Assembly: GCA_950097015.1 (NCBI GenBank) | Contig: CATNEN010000038.1 | Location: 13,826,001-13,890,000 of the forward strand | Length of the DNA stretch: 64,000 bases | DNA from: Macrostomum hystrix | Taxonomy: Eukaryota; Animalia; Platyhelminthes | Reading direction: 5' to 3' | Shown: one piece after another, positions 46,401 through 63,826 of the stretch | Layout: each line of letters opens with the position of its first letter | Numbering within the stretch: the stretch's first letter is position 1 | Translations under genes and position numbers: made by a program | Notes under the pieces: model-generated | The model's input: only the letters and a program-made list of their open reading frames with translations | Databases searched by the model: none | What the model was told of the DNA's origin: nothing

Positions 46401-47172
46401 AGGGATCTGAGGATCTTAGGGATCTGAGGACCTTAGGGATCTGAGGATCTTAGAGATCTGAGGACCTTAGGGATCTGAGGATTTGAGAATCTTAGGGATC
46501 TGAGTACCTTAGAGATCTGAGGATCTTAGGGATCTGAGGACCTTAGAGATTTGAGGACTTTAGAGATCTGAGGATCTTAGGGATCTGAGGACCTTAGGGA
46601 TCTGAGGATCTTAGGGATCTGAGGACCTTAGGGATATGAGGATCTTAGGGATCTGAGGACTTTAGGGATATGAGGATCTTAGGGATCTGAGGACCTTAGG
46701 GATATGAGGATCTTAGGGATCTGAGGACCTTAGAGATCTGAGGACCTTAGGGATATGAGGATCTTAGGGATCTGAGGACTTTAGGGATATGAGGATCTTA
46801 GGGATCTGAGGACCTTAGAGATCTGAGGATCTTAGGGATCTGAGGACCTTAGGGATATGAGGATCTTAGGGATCTGAGGACCTTAGGGATATGAGGATCT
46901 TAGGGATCTGAGGACCTTAGAGATCTGAGGACCTTAGGGATTTGAGGATCTTAGAGATCTGAGGGATCTCAGGATCTTAGGGATCAGACCTCGGTGATCA
47001 GGGCGGTGCCGGCACTTCCAGTGAAGCCGGTGACACAAGCGCGTCTCTTGTCGCAGTCGGCAACGTACTCGGACATGTGGGCATCCTCAGATGGCACAAT
47101 GTAAGCGTTGAGCTTGTGCTCCGACATCAGGGCGCGCAGGGCCTTCAGAATTTCAGTAGTGCAGCGCTTCAT
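37440..47172 (-). CDS. XPNPEP1: Xaa-Pro aminopeptidase 1 (aminopeptidase P, M24B); exons 47172-46990, 45920-45573, 44954-44574, 42717-42413, 38049-37440 (608 aa)
   Basis: [81 protein letters not shown] and GIRIEN motifs. All introns are GT-AG and in phase. Confidence 0.95.
38277..42252. repeat. 23-bp minisatellite (AATCCCAAT[C/T]CGTATTAAAATGG), ~170 copies, XPNPEP1 intron 4
   Basis: Period of 23 read directly; ~4-kb array. Confidence 0.97.
42778..44550. repeat. 34-bp minisatellite (CATGAC[T/C]CATCTAGCTTGAC[C/T]TACTCATCTCTGC), ~52 copies, XPNPEP1 intron 3
   Basis: Direct reading. Confidence 0.97.
44980..45410. repeat. Degenerate TTAGGGTAGAT-type G-rich repeat, XPNPEP1 intron 2
   Basis: Many TTAGGG-containing imperfect units. 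Confidence 0.85.
45945..46985. repeat. 17-bp minisatellite (GATCTGAGGA[T/C]CTTAG[G/A]), XPNPEP1 intron 1
   Basis: Period of 17, made of 8+9-bp subunits. Confidence 0.93.
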
Positions 47173-47793
47173 GCTGTTTTTTTACTTTTGCTCAATTCTC
47201 AGCGGCGATTTCCAGGAATTAGTCGATAATGATTTGCAACAGAAAGCTGAAAATTTGATAAAACAGGGACTTTTAACTTTCCTTACGCACACCTTCATCT
47301 GTACTGAAATATTTATTTAATGTGCTAAAACTATAATAATAAAAATAAATCAGATAGAGGCTTGCACCTGCTGGCTGATAGAAGCAATTAAAATAGAAGA
47401 AAGTTAGCAATATATTTTCAATAATTTGGCAAAATCGGTAGATCATTTATCGACTGCCTGTATCAAACAGAAGAATCATACTAATCGATTTAGTAGCATT
47501 ATTAGCAGTGTACCTATTTACTAATTTAAGGCGCTTTCTTTGGCATTAATTGCCTAACACACTGCATGACACAAAAAATTATTAGTTTAATTAATTTGAG
47601 AAATCAAAATACATCTATCAGAAATCAGAAAAGTCACTCAATACTAAATATTCCAGTTAAAATTAACAATGTCTTAGAGCAAAGTAAAACTTTTTGGCCA
47701 TAGCTTAAACTCATGTCAGTTTTTAAATGGGCAATGCCAGATATTAGGGTGGTTGCGGCCGCCTCTTCAGTCCACGGACTGGATAGCTGTAAC

Positions 47794-48160
47794 GGGGGTT
47801 GTAGCCTAGTGGTAAGAGAGTCGGACTCACGACTTGAAGGTCCGGGGTTCGATTCCCGACTCCACTGGAACGATTTGTGTCATTTAGCAAGACACTTAAC
47901 TCTGCATTGCTTCCTTTTACCCAGCTGTTAAATAGGTTCCATCATTAGCTGAGGGTGGGTGCGGCGTCCCCACAGTCCACGGACTGAACAGCAGTACGCA
48001 GCCTTCAGGTACGCGCGCGAAATAGCTGCCGCTGTGCTGTCGGCTGTTCAACTGGCCCAGCTCCAGGAAAGAAGTGATCTCACCCCAGGCTGAGATGCGA
48101 ACTTCAGGCCTCCCGACAAAAACTTCGCTGGCATTACTAAGATGTGGAATAAGAATAAGG
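47794..48160 (+). mobile_element. tRNA-derived SINE (preceded at ~47720-47793 by part of a second copy)
   Basis: A box TAGCCTAGTGG and B box GGTTCGATTCC, no CCA/terminator. Followed by a GCAAGACACTTAAC..CCCAGCTGTTAAATAGG body and an AATAAG-repeat tail. CAGTCCACGGACTG occurs at 47768 and 47973. Confidence 0.8.
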
Positions 48161-48163
48161 CAC

Positions 48164-50246
48164 TCAGAATTCGGCATAGTCAACCAGTCTATTAAACAAT
48201 TGACGCGACTCCTCAGCGGTGCCAGCGATGGCTTCCACGCCCATGTAGGCCCGGCCAAGCAGGCTGGTGCGGCTAAAATATTTGCAATCCGGCTGCAACT
48301 GCTGGCTAGAGTGGGACACCCTGGCTAGGGCGTGAACGCCATTGTCAGGCGTGAGATTGTAGCTGGTGACCAACAGTCTCAATAAGCACAGGAGAGGCCA
48401 GGCCAGGTACCAGAACCACAGTGGCACAATGCCCTCGGCTAAGTTTGTCACCACAAGGCCGGGATCAACCGGACAGAACTGGACGCCCGCTGGCTGGTAA
48501 CGCTCATTCAGGTGCAGGCAGAGCAGGTCGATGGCGTGCTTGCCAGCCGCGTAGGGCGCCATTGAATTGCGGCACTCCAGGTCCGACAGGTCGAAATAGC
48601 GACGCGAGGCGTTGCAGGATGAGGTCCAGGCAACCCGGCTGGGCTGGCGATTCGGGGAGGGGAAGGGAGAAGAGCAATGAGTTTACACATACCAGAGGGG
48701 AGAACCAGAAGGACCAGTGGGACAGTCCCTGAAGTACCAGTGGGGAGAACCTGAAGGACCAGTGGGAAGAACCTGAAGGACCAGTGGGGAGAACCTGAAG
48801 GACCAGTGGGGAGAACCTGAAGGGACTGTCAGGGACCAGTGGGGAGAACCTGAAGGGACTGTCAGGGACCAGTGGGGAGAACCTGAAGGGACTGTCAGGG
48901 ACCAGTGGGGAGAACCTGAAGGGACTGTCAGGGACCAGTGGGGAGAACCTGAAGGGACTGTCAGGGACCAGTGGGGAGAACCTGAAGGGACTGTCAGGGA
49001 CCAGTGGGGAGAACCTGAAGGGACTGTCAGGGACCAGTGGGGAGAACCTGAAGGGACTGTCAGGGACCAGTGGGGAGAACCTGAAGGGACTGTCAGGGAC
49101 CAGTGGGGAGAACCTGAAGGGACTGTCAGGGACCAGTGGGGAGAACCTGAAGGACCAGTGGGGAGAACCTAAAGGACCAGTGGGGAGAATCTGAAGGACC
49201 AGTGGGACAGTCCCTGAAGGACGAGTGGGGAGAACCTGAAGGACCAGTGGGGAGAACCTGAAGCGACTGTCAGGGACCAATGGGGAGAAACTGAAGGACC
49301 AGTGGGGAGAACCTGAAGCGACTGTCAGGGACCAGTGGGGAGAAACTGAAGGACCAGTGGGGAGAACCTGAAGGACCAGTGGGACAGCCCCTGAAGGACC
49401 AGTCGGACAGTCCCTGAAGAAACCGTGTCACTTAAAAGTAAGTATCTAGCAGCCTCACATGTCCTGTAAGAGGGTGCCGACCAAGCGGCGACCTAGAAGC
49501 CCCGCTATCAACCGGTGGATGCAGCAGGCACATCAGCAGCAGGAAGTGGCCTCCGACGTTGGTTTTAAATACGCCCCGACGACCGTCGGGACAGTCAAAG
49601 TCGGCCTGGACCAGAATGCCAAGACCAGTAGTGAGCATTGGCCAGGCGTCTCGGCTAAAGAAATGTTTCACCAGGTAGAGCCAATCAACTCGACTGACAA
49701 TCAGTACGCCGGCGTTGAGGTAGAGGAGGTCGATTCTTTTGTACCTAAGCGGTTAATTAAAACAAATTTTCGGGCTTTTCTGGACTAATTGTCAAGTTTT
49801 TTTTAATTAGGCATAAATTCTTTATCACTACTGAGAGTAGGCATTAAAGAAAGTATGCTTATAATTACTGGAATGCTTGCGTAATAAACAAACCTATTCA
49901 GTAGCCAGCGGCTACATTCTCGCACCGATTTAAAATTGCTAGTATCCAATTGGCACGTGTCAATCCGGCACCAAGAATTAGCAGCTTGGCGGTTCGTATT
50001 ATTTTTTTCAAGCAAACCAGCGGCTAAACTGTGCAGTGACTCAGCTGCAGCGCGAGCCGCTTGCAAGTTTCTGCAACACAAGCAGATAGTTAATAGTGGC
50101 TCATTGAGCTTTGAAATGGGTTGCTTCTGGGATGCTAAATCAGCAGCGGCCTCAGTAATAAGTCGGCGAGCCAAGCAGAAACCAATGCCACGATTAGCTC
50201 CTGTGATGACAACTACTTTGCTATTGAACTTCCTCTTATCTGCCAT
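48164..50246 (-). CDS. HSD17B7: 3-keto-steroid reductase / 17-beta-HSD7-like SDR; exons 50246-49894, 49744-49459, 48643-48164 (372 aa)
   Basis: VVVITGANRGIG, LCCRN, IDLLYLNAG, VFKTNVGGHF, WTSS, YAAGK (YxxxK), PGLVVTNL and TPDNG..AL match the HSD17B7/ERG27 pattern. Introns are in phase. Confidence 0.85.
48690..49420. repeat. 33-bp minisatellite (GGACCAGTGGGGAGAACCTGAAGGGACTGTCAG) with shorter variants, HSD17B7 intron 2
   Basis: Direct reading. Confidence 0.95.
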
Positions 50247-53200
50247 TCAAAATTACAGTTGGCTGATGTTAAGCCATAAGTTCTGCAATAGAAAAAGTTG
50301 AGTGGGACAAAAAATTAGGGTCATTTAAAAGGAGGTCAATAGGCCTATTACTCAGTGGAAAATGACATTTTAGGCTATCTGAATTGTTAAGTAGTGATTA
50401 GGCAGGTGAGATTTCAGACAATGGAATATAATCAGTTTAAGTCTGAAGTATCCTTGAAATTGGGATAAAAGCAGCCAATATATAAGCTTAAGTGAGAAAT
50501 GAGAAAGCTACTTTTCTACTTTTTTAAACAACACCAAGACAGGAATATGGACATTTTGACCACAACAACTTTGACCACAGCTAACTTTTACTATTTCAGC
50601 ACAAAATAATTTCCACCTAATATCATTTTGGCCTATATACTACATAATGTACAATAAATTGATGGTTTTATTATCACTTATCATTTATTTTTGATAGCAA
50701 TGACATTTTACCAGAAATTACTATATAAAATTTTACCCTGTTAAACTAGATGAAGATTTTAAACATGAAATTCCTTTGACTATGCCACTGTTAACACTAA
50801 CAATCGCAATTCATTTTAAGTCAATTTGTTTTGAAAAATAAAATATAAAATTAGCTTTTGAAAACATATTGTATTATTTTACAATTTTGCTAAGCCAGCT
50901 TAAGGCAGAGATAGTATTGGGCCAATGGCCAAATAGTTGTAGTGAAACAACCACACTTACACTTACTAAACAACTAAACAGGCAAGCAACATTTGTCAAT
51001 AAAAAATTGATAGCAGGTTTCAGCAAATATATATAATAGGGCCTAGTGATAAGAATAAAAATAATAAAAGGAAACAAGATAGAGTAGGCATAGCAAGTAG
51101 TATAGGTCTATCAGGCAGAGTACAAAAGAGCAGGAATAGACCAAAAGACAAAACGCAGACACTAAAGCTATCTATGCAGGTTGGCAATATCTGACTAGCA
51201 GGCTTGAGTTATTTAAGTTTCCTAATCTAACAGTGTTATGTAGAACTTTTTACAACTATATTTTCATAATTCCACTTTGCTCTTTAACAAAAAGATGTAA
51301 TCCATTTAAAAAAATTAAAAACGACTATTGACATTACCATACATTAGATGCATCAAGAGCCTAGTTATTTAATTTCTAATCCATATACCAAAACTAGGAA
51401 AATATATTATGACCTATATAACCTCAGTAATTTTATAGATCGCTAACGTGATTAGAAGCCCCTATACAATGGGCCAACCCACTCCCCGCCAAGGATTATG
51501 CTAAATATATAAAATTTGAAAAATAATACTAATCCTTTTCAAACATAAAAACCACACTACTTATCACACAAATCAAGTAAACACTTACAATATAAGCAGG
51601 TCGCTGTAAAAAGTTTTTATGATAGCCTAGAGCGAAAAGCTGGGCAAGAAATTATGAAGATTTTCCTGTTGCTGAGACTGATGAGACTGTGGGAGGCTGG
51701 GAGCTTATAAAGTTTTACTACCGTGGTTAAGCTGCGTTCTAAGAAAAATACTTTTTCAACTTGTCATAAATAAATATCGTATCGTATCGTATAGCATTAA
51801 AAGCCGGAGTGCTATTTAAACTGTGATTTAGCCATTTTGCTTTCCCAAAAATAAACAATATGACTGCTTTTGACAAATAAAAATGATGAATATTTAATAC
51901 AATAAATATAGGAATTAACATGCACACTACAAATATCGAGCCGCGCAAAGTTAAAATATAAACGTTAAACAACATTTAAATGAATAATAGATTTGTAACA
52001 GTTAGAATTTCGTGTCACTGAATTGGTTATTGAAATTTTGTAGACTCGCAATAAAATGTAAACTTGCACAAGGCTTTCAGTTATTTTCTTGCTAGCTAAC
52101 AAATTAGGTTCTGCTGCTAGTTCTGTGTTAAAATATTTTGCTCAAATCTTTAACCACTGTTTAAAGGCAGTGTTAAACAAGTTACTTAAAAAGCAAACTT
52201 CTGGTCAAGCAATTAAGGTCACTAAAAATTATTTTACTTTTTTTCTACACTACTGCTACACATTTCTACACTTTCTTAGAATTTTCCACTCTAAGAAATT
52301 AATCTCTGGTCTTCTATTACTGATAGGCTTGCTAGGCCTACTTTTTAAGTGGTTTAACTATGCACTTTTTAATTTCTGAACATTTTTTACAAAAATAAAA
52401 GTAAATAATTCCAGTTTTCTCTTACTTTAACATAGCCATTTTTACAAATTTAGCTTAGTAGCTTTTTAATTTAAATATGTCGTAGGCCTATTTTTACTAA
52501 ATTTCCACAGCTGTTACCAAGTTATCAGAGGGCTAATTACTAATATTTAAACTTCAGCAATATTCAACCAGTATAACACATATAATTTTTATTAGAGTAT
52601 TTGTTAACTCTATGGTAGCATGTGAGTGTCCGAGCGGTAAGACACCTCTTTTATTTATTAATATGAATAACTCATATATGTATAATTCACTTTGCACTGG
52701 TTATATTAGTGACACAAAGTCTTTTTTACTTTCCAGTTCCAATGCAGGGCTACCAATGGATTGGAGGGTATCAGTTACCCACTCACTCACTTATGGAAAT
52801 CACTTGTTTCTTCCTCACCCTTTACAGGCTTATTTATCAAATACATTCCTTTTACAGGTAATTCCTTTATCACACCCTTTACAGGTTTATTGCACACTTA
52901 GGCCTAATTTGGATCCAACCCGTTTGATTACTATTCAATACAATTTCTGTTGTCTAAGATTATAGCTTTCCAGCTTATTAAAGAATTAACCAGTTTCGGA
53001 ATACCTTGCCTTTTTAACTTTTGAAAACGTCTGTGGCACGTCTGCAAGTTTTGTTTTTCTCCTCCCAAAATACGTGTGTATATATATATAGATTGGCAGG
53101 GGTGGTTTCCCCGGTGCATTAAAACAAATGGTGTATTAAAACAAAAGGTGCATTAAAACAAATATTACATTTCCTTACTTTTCGCGTAAATTTAAAATAA

Positions 53201-53900
53201 AAATATAGTAGAATTATTTACCTATTACAAATAGCTATTATATTTATGTTGGTTTTCAATGCCTTTATCTTTTGAGCCTTATGAAAATTTCCTAATCAGG
53301 CTTTGACAGAACTTACTGAGTTATTTGAGATCTCCACCTAATAAGACTCCTGTGACCTAATTTTGTTTCATATCAATGGTCTGAGTTGTGCAATGTCATA
53401 GCAACAAGTTGTCAATGTCACCGACAACATGGCAGAGCTTATTCCCACGGATCCATGCTGATAATTTTCTGCTTATCCACACGGCAGCTTGTATGAATAG
53501 GTCTAAAACTCTTTATATAAATATGCCGTGCTGTTAATTTCAATTTTATCCACACGGTTCTGTTCTTTAAAACAAGGCCCTTTCGGGTTTGAACGTTTTG
53601 TTAAACCCTCAAACCAATAGATAAACAAAGTTGACAGTGTGTTACAACAGTGTTCTATATTTGACCTACACATTCATTAACTGACATTAATGTCATCCTT
53701 TTTAATTATTGTAATAACAACTTACTAAATCTTTTGTCATCGTTACGTGTTTTCATTCGAATTGTATTGACTTAAAAAAGTAAGAAGTCTATCTAAGAAA
53801 ATCATACAAGTCAACCAGCAGAATTCTAGTTAGCACCAAACTCATCACACATATTATAAATCATTGTTATTATTTTACACTATGCATTCATAGTGTACAC

Positions 53901-56900
53901 CAGGGGTCGGCAACCTTTTTTACTTCGCGGGCCAGATTAAGAATTCAGCGGGTGGCTGAGGGCCAGTGTTGTAAGTGCAATAGTAAAGAGCACTAGTAAC
54001 TGTGGTATATTTTTTTATTTATCAACGTTTATAGTTTAAAATTACAGAATACACATATATTTGGTGTTTTGCTTCACAGCTTAGAGCAGACACAATCGCC
54101 TTGCACTCGAATAGAAAAATTCTTAATGAGCACTTATGCACAAGTCCTGTGGAGTATTGGCATTTCAACCCTGAAGGAAAAGAAAGCAGTCGTCTCTGAA
54201 TGACTGATGATCATTGAATCAAATTTGCTTATCAAGTCCTTTGTGCTTTATAGAAAATTTGCAAGAATAGCAAAACACAGACACAACAAGATAAATATTG
54301 GTGCAAAATAAAAATTTTGAGCTGGTTACATGACAGAGGTTACATAACAGAGGGACAAACAGATGAGAGTCAAATGTTAAATACGGAGACTAATTGCAGA
54401 GCAAGGAGGGAATTTTCACTACAAACACCACCGGAGTACAGAGCACAAAAGCTTACAAGCAGATTTGAAATGTAACAGTTAATTAACTTGCAGTTGCCAC
54501 ATTGTCCTGGTGTGAAGTCTGGTGCTGATGACCGCTGCACAACTTTGCAATGTTTGGTTTGAAAGCAGTGCAGGACAGGCGCAGAACATCATTCAAGATG
54601 CTGGTCAGACATCTGTGAGCGGAGCTGGCTCTTGGTATACTTCATGCGAGAGAACACCTGCTTGCAACAGTACGTGCTCCCGAACATTGAAACCACTCGC
54701 CTGACATGTGCCGACATAGCAGGGAACAGCTTGTCATCGAGGTGCTCTCTGAAGAAAGCAAGAGGTGCCGTAGCAGCAAACTTGCTCCGTAGCTCATCAT
54801 TGCATTGGAGTTCCACCACCTCCATCTGGATGGAGCCCTGGAGGTCGTCCACGACCAAAGTGAAAGGTGAAGTGAGGATTTTGAAGTCTGCTGTGCACTC
54901 TCTTAAGCCCTCAAACCTGGTTTTGAACTGCTCCTGCAGGGTGGAGATGATGTCAACAGCCGCTGCATAGTCCACAGCATCCTCAGCTACAGTTGACAGG
55001 CGTGAGAAGTGCTGTCGTCGACGATCCATCAGCTGGCTCTCCCACAGTCGCAGCTTCACCTCGAATGCAGTGATTGAAGCAAAGACATCTGTGATGAGGG
55101 CGTCCTTCCCTTGCAGTTTGTGGTTCAGGTCATTCAGATGCTCGGTCACATCAGCCAGGAGAGCCAACTTGGCGAGCCAGGCAGGGTCACCAAACTCTTC
55201 GGCGAATTGCATCCTCTTAGATGAGAGGAAGGCCTCTATCTCCGCCCTCAGGTCCCAGACGTGAGCCAGCATGTTTCTGCGGGAAAGCCAGCGAACCTCG
55301 CAGAAGTACAGCAGGTCACCGTATTCTGCCTCAGCCTCTTCCAGGAGCACTTGGAACTGACGGTGGTTCAAGCTTTTTCCCAGAATGCTGTTAACCACCT
55401 TCACGACGACAGACATGACATCTGTCAGAGTAGCTGCCTTGGCACAGAGAGCTTCCTGATGAATTATGCAGTGCAGCTTCCGAATGTCGTGACTGTTGCC
55501 AGCCTCGATGCACTTCCTGGCGAGGAGAGAAGCGGCACCTCTGACTTCTCCAACCATGGCAGGGGCTCCGTCAGTTGTGATGGAACACAGCCTCGTCAGG
55601 TTCAGTCCGGCAGTTTCAAGACAAGCCATGGTGGACTCACATATGTCCTTGCCTGTTGTCGTCCCACGCATTGGAACCAACTGCAGTAACTCCTCTGTCA
55701 CAGCAAGGTCAGCAGTCACTCCACGGACGAATACAGCAAGCTGGGAGGTGTCCTTGGTATCTGTTGACTCATCGATTGCGATGGAGAAAACCTCAAAACG
55801 ACTGCAGTGGTCACGGAAAGTTGAGCAGACGTCGGCGGACATCTCCTCGATCCGTCGGCCCATGGTGCGGGCAGAGAGGCTGACAGAAGAAAAGATGGAG
55901 CGTTGGGGAGGGCATACAGCATCAGCAACAGCCAGAATGCAATCTTTGATGAAGTCGCCGTCAGTGAACGGCTTCATCCGCTGATCAGCAGCCCAACTTC
56001 GAAGCTAACGCAAGTAACTGACTCATTGGCAGAATTTTGCTTCTGGAAGAGGGCCACAGTCTGCATCGACAGCTGACTGGTCAGTTGGGAAACTGCAGTC
56101 TGACGAGACACGTCATCCATGCTAGCATACTTTGATGAGCTGTGAGAAGTCTCCCAGTGCCGGCGGATGTTGCTATCTTTGAAGACAGACACTGTTGCTA
56201 GGCAGATTAGGCACTGTGCTTTACCATGCCTTTCCAAGAAAAAGTACCGTAGCGTCCATGTAGGGTTGAAAGCACGCTTCTCAAGGTTGACCTTTCTTTT
56301 CTTGCATTCCAGTGGCTTGTTGCAGTTTGACATGACGTGCCTTACAAAGCCTATAGCCACATCCAGTAGGTATTAAATCTATTAAAGGCAAAGTAATCTA
56401 TTAAAGACGAAAGTAATCTATTAAAGGCGAATCTATAGTAATCTATTAAAATTCTCTTAAAGGCAAAGTAAAGGGGGACAGTTAATCGAAGACAAGCGTA
56501 CGGTGACAAACAAGTCCAAATATCGCACTGGGCACTTGTATTCCTGCCAAGCTCCTAGTTATCCCAATCCCAAGGCAGTCTGAGCCTGAGGGGTCACACA
56601 TGGAGTCCCCTGGCCCCTGGGGTGAGGAAAACAGTGTACATTGCCGACTACGAGTTGGAGGGGTGTGCAGCCATGAAGAGAACGACTTGCTAAGCGCATT
56701 GTACATTCAAATCAGAATCCATTAAGACCCGTCCGCTCTTCTAGGAACCATGAGACAGGTGTAGAGAGAAACTCTTCACTAAATGGAGCCTTCTGCCCCT
56801 CAACACCTCCCCTCTAATCAATCTCAGCCTTGGGATCGTGTGCAACTGGCAAAAACACTGCCGATTTTTTAGGTCAACATTCACAGGTCTTACGCGGGCC

Positions 56901-56995
56901 AGATTGTAATACTGGGGTTGCAAGGGGCCCGGGGGCCGGATAGAGAGGCTTCGGGGGCCAGATCTGGCCCGTGGGCCGGAGGTTGCCGACCCCTG
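53901..56995 (-). mobile_element. hAT (Buster/SPIN-like) DNA transposon, 16-bp TIR CAGGGGTCGGCAACCT, 8-bp TSD GTGTACAC
   Basis: Perfect TIRs; TSD at 53893-53900 and 56996-57003 with central TA (Buster-type); GGGCCG/CGGCCC subterminal repeats. Confidence 0.96.
54589..56333 (-). pseudogene. GTF2IRD2/Buster-like hAT transposase with frameshifts (~55980 and ~54590)
   Basis: BED-like CLIC..RRHWETSH, KPFTDGDFIK, SIAIDESTD, TTDGAPAM, HCIIHQE, VRWLS and FGSTYCCKQVFS (catalytic E appears as K). Confidence 0.92.
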
Positions 56996-58849
56996 GTGTA
57001 CACCATACACTATACTCTGAAGCAAAAGCCTTATGCTCAGAGAAGAATAGGTAGGGACTTGAAAGTAGACCTATTCATACAAGCTGCCATGTGGATAAGC
57101 AGAAAATTATCGGCATGGATCCGTGTGGATAAAATTGAAATTATCAGCACAAGACCGTGGGATTAAGCACTTTCCAACAACATAGCTGTCTGTTAAAGTC
57201 TGTATGGCCCATAGTCCAGATCATGCTGGGTGTACGCCAGATTGAAAATGGACATGCATATGATTGTACGACCTCGGAGTTCCAGAAAGTCGTCTTTGTC
57301 CAGGTTTTGGTCATTCCACATAGTAGTAGAACTGGCGTGGTCGCCAAATGTAACACTTTAGCGTTACTGAACTGGTTTTCAAATCTTGTAGACTAGTAAT
57401 CAAAATGTAAACTTTAACTTAGCTTCCACTTCAACGCCAGCCGCACGGGACGGTACCCGCCAATCACCCTCGAGTGTATTTAACTATAAGCTGAGCGAAT
57501 CAGCGTACAAACTAAGGGTTCGCGATGACATGCAGTATTTAAGTAGCAAATATTAAAACAAATACGAACACAGTAAATTACAGTAGATAAAGGAAGTACA
57601 ATACGAATACAATATAATACTAGTACAAAATTACATCGCAAATGTTAGTGTAAATATGGAAGATTACAGTAAATGCGCACATTCAATTGGGGCAAGAAGA
57701 TCGCACTACAATACTATCGTCATTGTAATTTGTGGTTAACATCAACGTGTTTAACGTAGTCGGTCGGTCTGGTCCAGCGCACAAGTTACGCCAGTTGTAC
57801 GCCAGATGCATAAAAAAAATTTTTTGTACGCCAACTGTATGCCAAGAAAGGGTTAGCCAAGCCAAATGTACGCCGGATTAAACCAGCGTAATGTACATCT
57901 TCCGGAGTGTGGTGTATGGCCTAATTGACTGCTGCCGCATCAGATGCATAGGCTTATTTCCACAAAGGAGGACCATACAGGCCACCATCATATTGGCCAG
58001 AGGTGCATCCTTTACTTGCAGCACACCCTTTGCCATAGAGACTGTATATTAAAATGCATGGCACTTGTTGGCACTCTTGTGTTGACAAAAAAGAGCTTGT
58101 ACAGCTCCTGCACAAAGCTTATCGAGATATTCTATCTGCTAGCTTCCATGCACCATCGAACTCTTCAAACTACGTGCACCACTTTGTCTGCTCCACTGTG
58201 GTTGGCTGTCACTGTCAAGGATGTCACCAACATGCACACTATGACTATGGCAGCCATTTTAGAAGAAGCGGAGCTACTAGAATAAAGTTTGGTCTTAGTG
58301 CCTGCCGGCCAGCTCCTTTGCCAATGCATCCTTTATCAAACAATAAGCAGTGGATGAGAGCTTGCAGCATAGTTATCACTATTGAAAAAAATACTTCCTT
58401 CATTTTTTCACTTTATGACAGCAAAAAGAACAAAAAAATAGTGGTAACATGAAATCTGTAAATACAAACAATAACAACAATAATCAAGTCCAGGTACAAA
58501 AAGTGAACTTGACCTTCTATTGACTCTTGGGTATCTCTTTTTGTTTACTACTCAGAACCTATTTCTTAAACAAGTGCTCTAATAAACTCTAAAAACTATA
58601 AAATAAGTGTAATAAATAAAAGTGGTCTAGTCTAAGGAGTCACTTTAGTCACTTTGCCATACCTAGAATGGCTACTTCAACCTTCAGTATATCCTTAATG
58701 TACGAGTATATGCTATAGCTGGGAGCACCTCAACTGCCAGCCAAGACAACTGCCAGCCAACAAGTGAAGGGGGGACCATCCGCCTTGTTCCATCGCTGTG
58801 CAACGTGGAGAACATGGGCGCTGCTCTGGCTTCTAACGATTGGTGCCTT

Positions 58850-59125
58850 CCTAGCTGCTATCCACGGCATCAGCAACTGCTGGTGATCGATCTCCTTCTT
58901 CAGATGTCTAAGCAGCTTGAAAAGCTGTGGGTTTGTTTCACAGAAGCAAAGACTGTAGTCGCTGGTGCCAGGCCTCCACTGAGTTATTAGTCTGATGCTT
59001 TCCATCAAGAGTGCTCTGGCAGATGTTTCAGGCAGCGAGCGGGAGTTGTGGCTGGCAGACCCAGTTCCCATTAGGCAGACGACGACCAATTCACTGGTCC
59101 TCAAAGTACGAGTAGTACCAGTAGT
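58850..59125 (-). pseudogene. MULE/Mutator transposase C-terminal remnant
   Basis: Minus strand reads YFEDQ*IGRR...P...*NICQSTLDGKHQTNNSVEAWHQRLQ, then after a frameshift NPQLFKLLRHLKKE. This is the MULE YF..WIG / WN / TNN..E.WH signature with W codons changed to TGA. Confidence 0.78.
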
Positions 59126-59545
59126 TAGCGAAGGGTGCAATATCCTGAGGAAAGTCTGTTTCTATCAAATATAGGAACGATAATTTAATCTATCAATAAT
59201 TATTGCTATTCTTTAATAGTTTTTATACCAAACTTTTTGTAGCTTATTCCTTTGTCACTAGATATGTATTATGCTGGGCAAGAAATGTTCAAACATTTTG
59301 TTCACACTTAACTTATTTAAATTGCCCACACTCCTACTATTGTGTGGTCATTTCAAGATATATGTAGCTAGCAATCTATAACACAGTATAGATGTGAATC
59401 AAGCCATACTATTATTCTGGAAACATTCTAATAAATTTATATAGTCAGAGTTAGGTTGGTAACTTGGATGTGATAATATACCTTAAAAATAACATTAAAC
59501 GTTACTCTCAAGGTGCACAGCTTTTCTCACTAAGATAATTAATAA

Positions 59546-63826
<4,281 letters not shown>

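Larger units (their letters stand above)
53437..57168. mobile_element. MITE-like inverted-repeat element (~630 bp) interrupted by the hAT
   Basis: 53437-53556 and 57065-57168 are imperfect inverted repeats (CCCACGG..GATAATTTTCTGCTTATCCACA.GGCAGCTTGTATGAATAGGTCTA). Confidence 0.7.

Noticed and set aside
47794-47866. tRNA gene (CAC at the anticodon position)
   Set aside because: Acceptor and anticodon stems pair poorly and the sequence continues into a SINE body and tail.
48504-49280. 258-aa repetitive ORF (SPLVPDSPFRF)n
   Set aside because: Translation of a 33-bp intronic minisatellite.
53470-53556. TTATCCACA (DnaA-box-like) motifs
   Set aside because: Eukaryotic context; they are subterminal repeats of the MITE.
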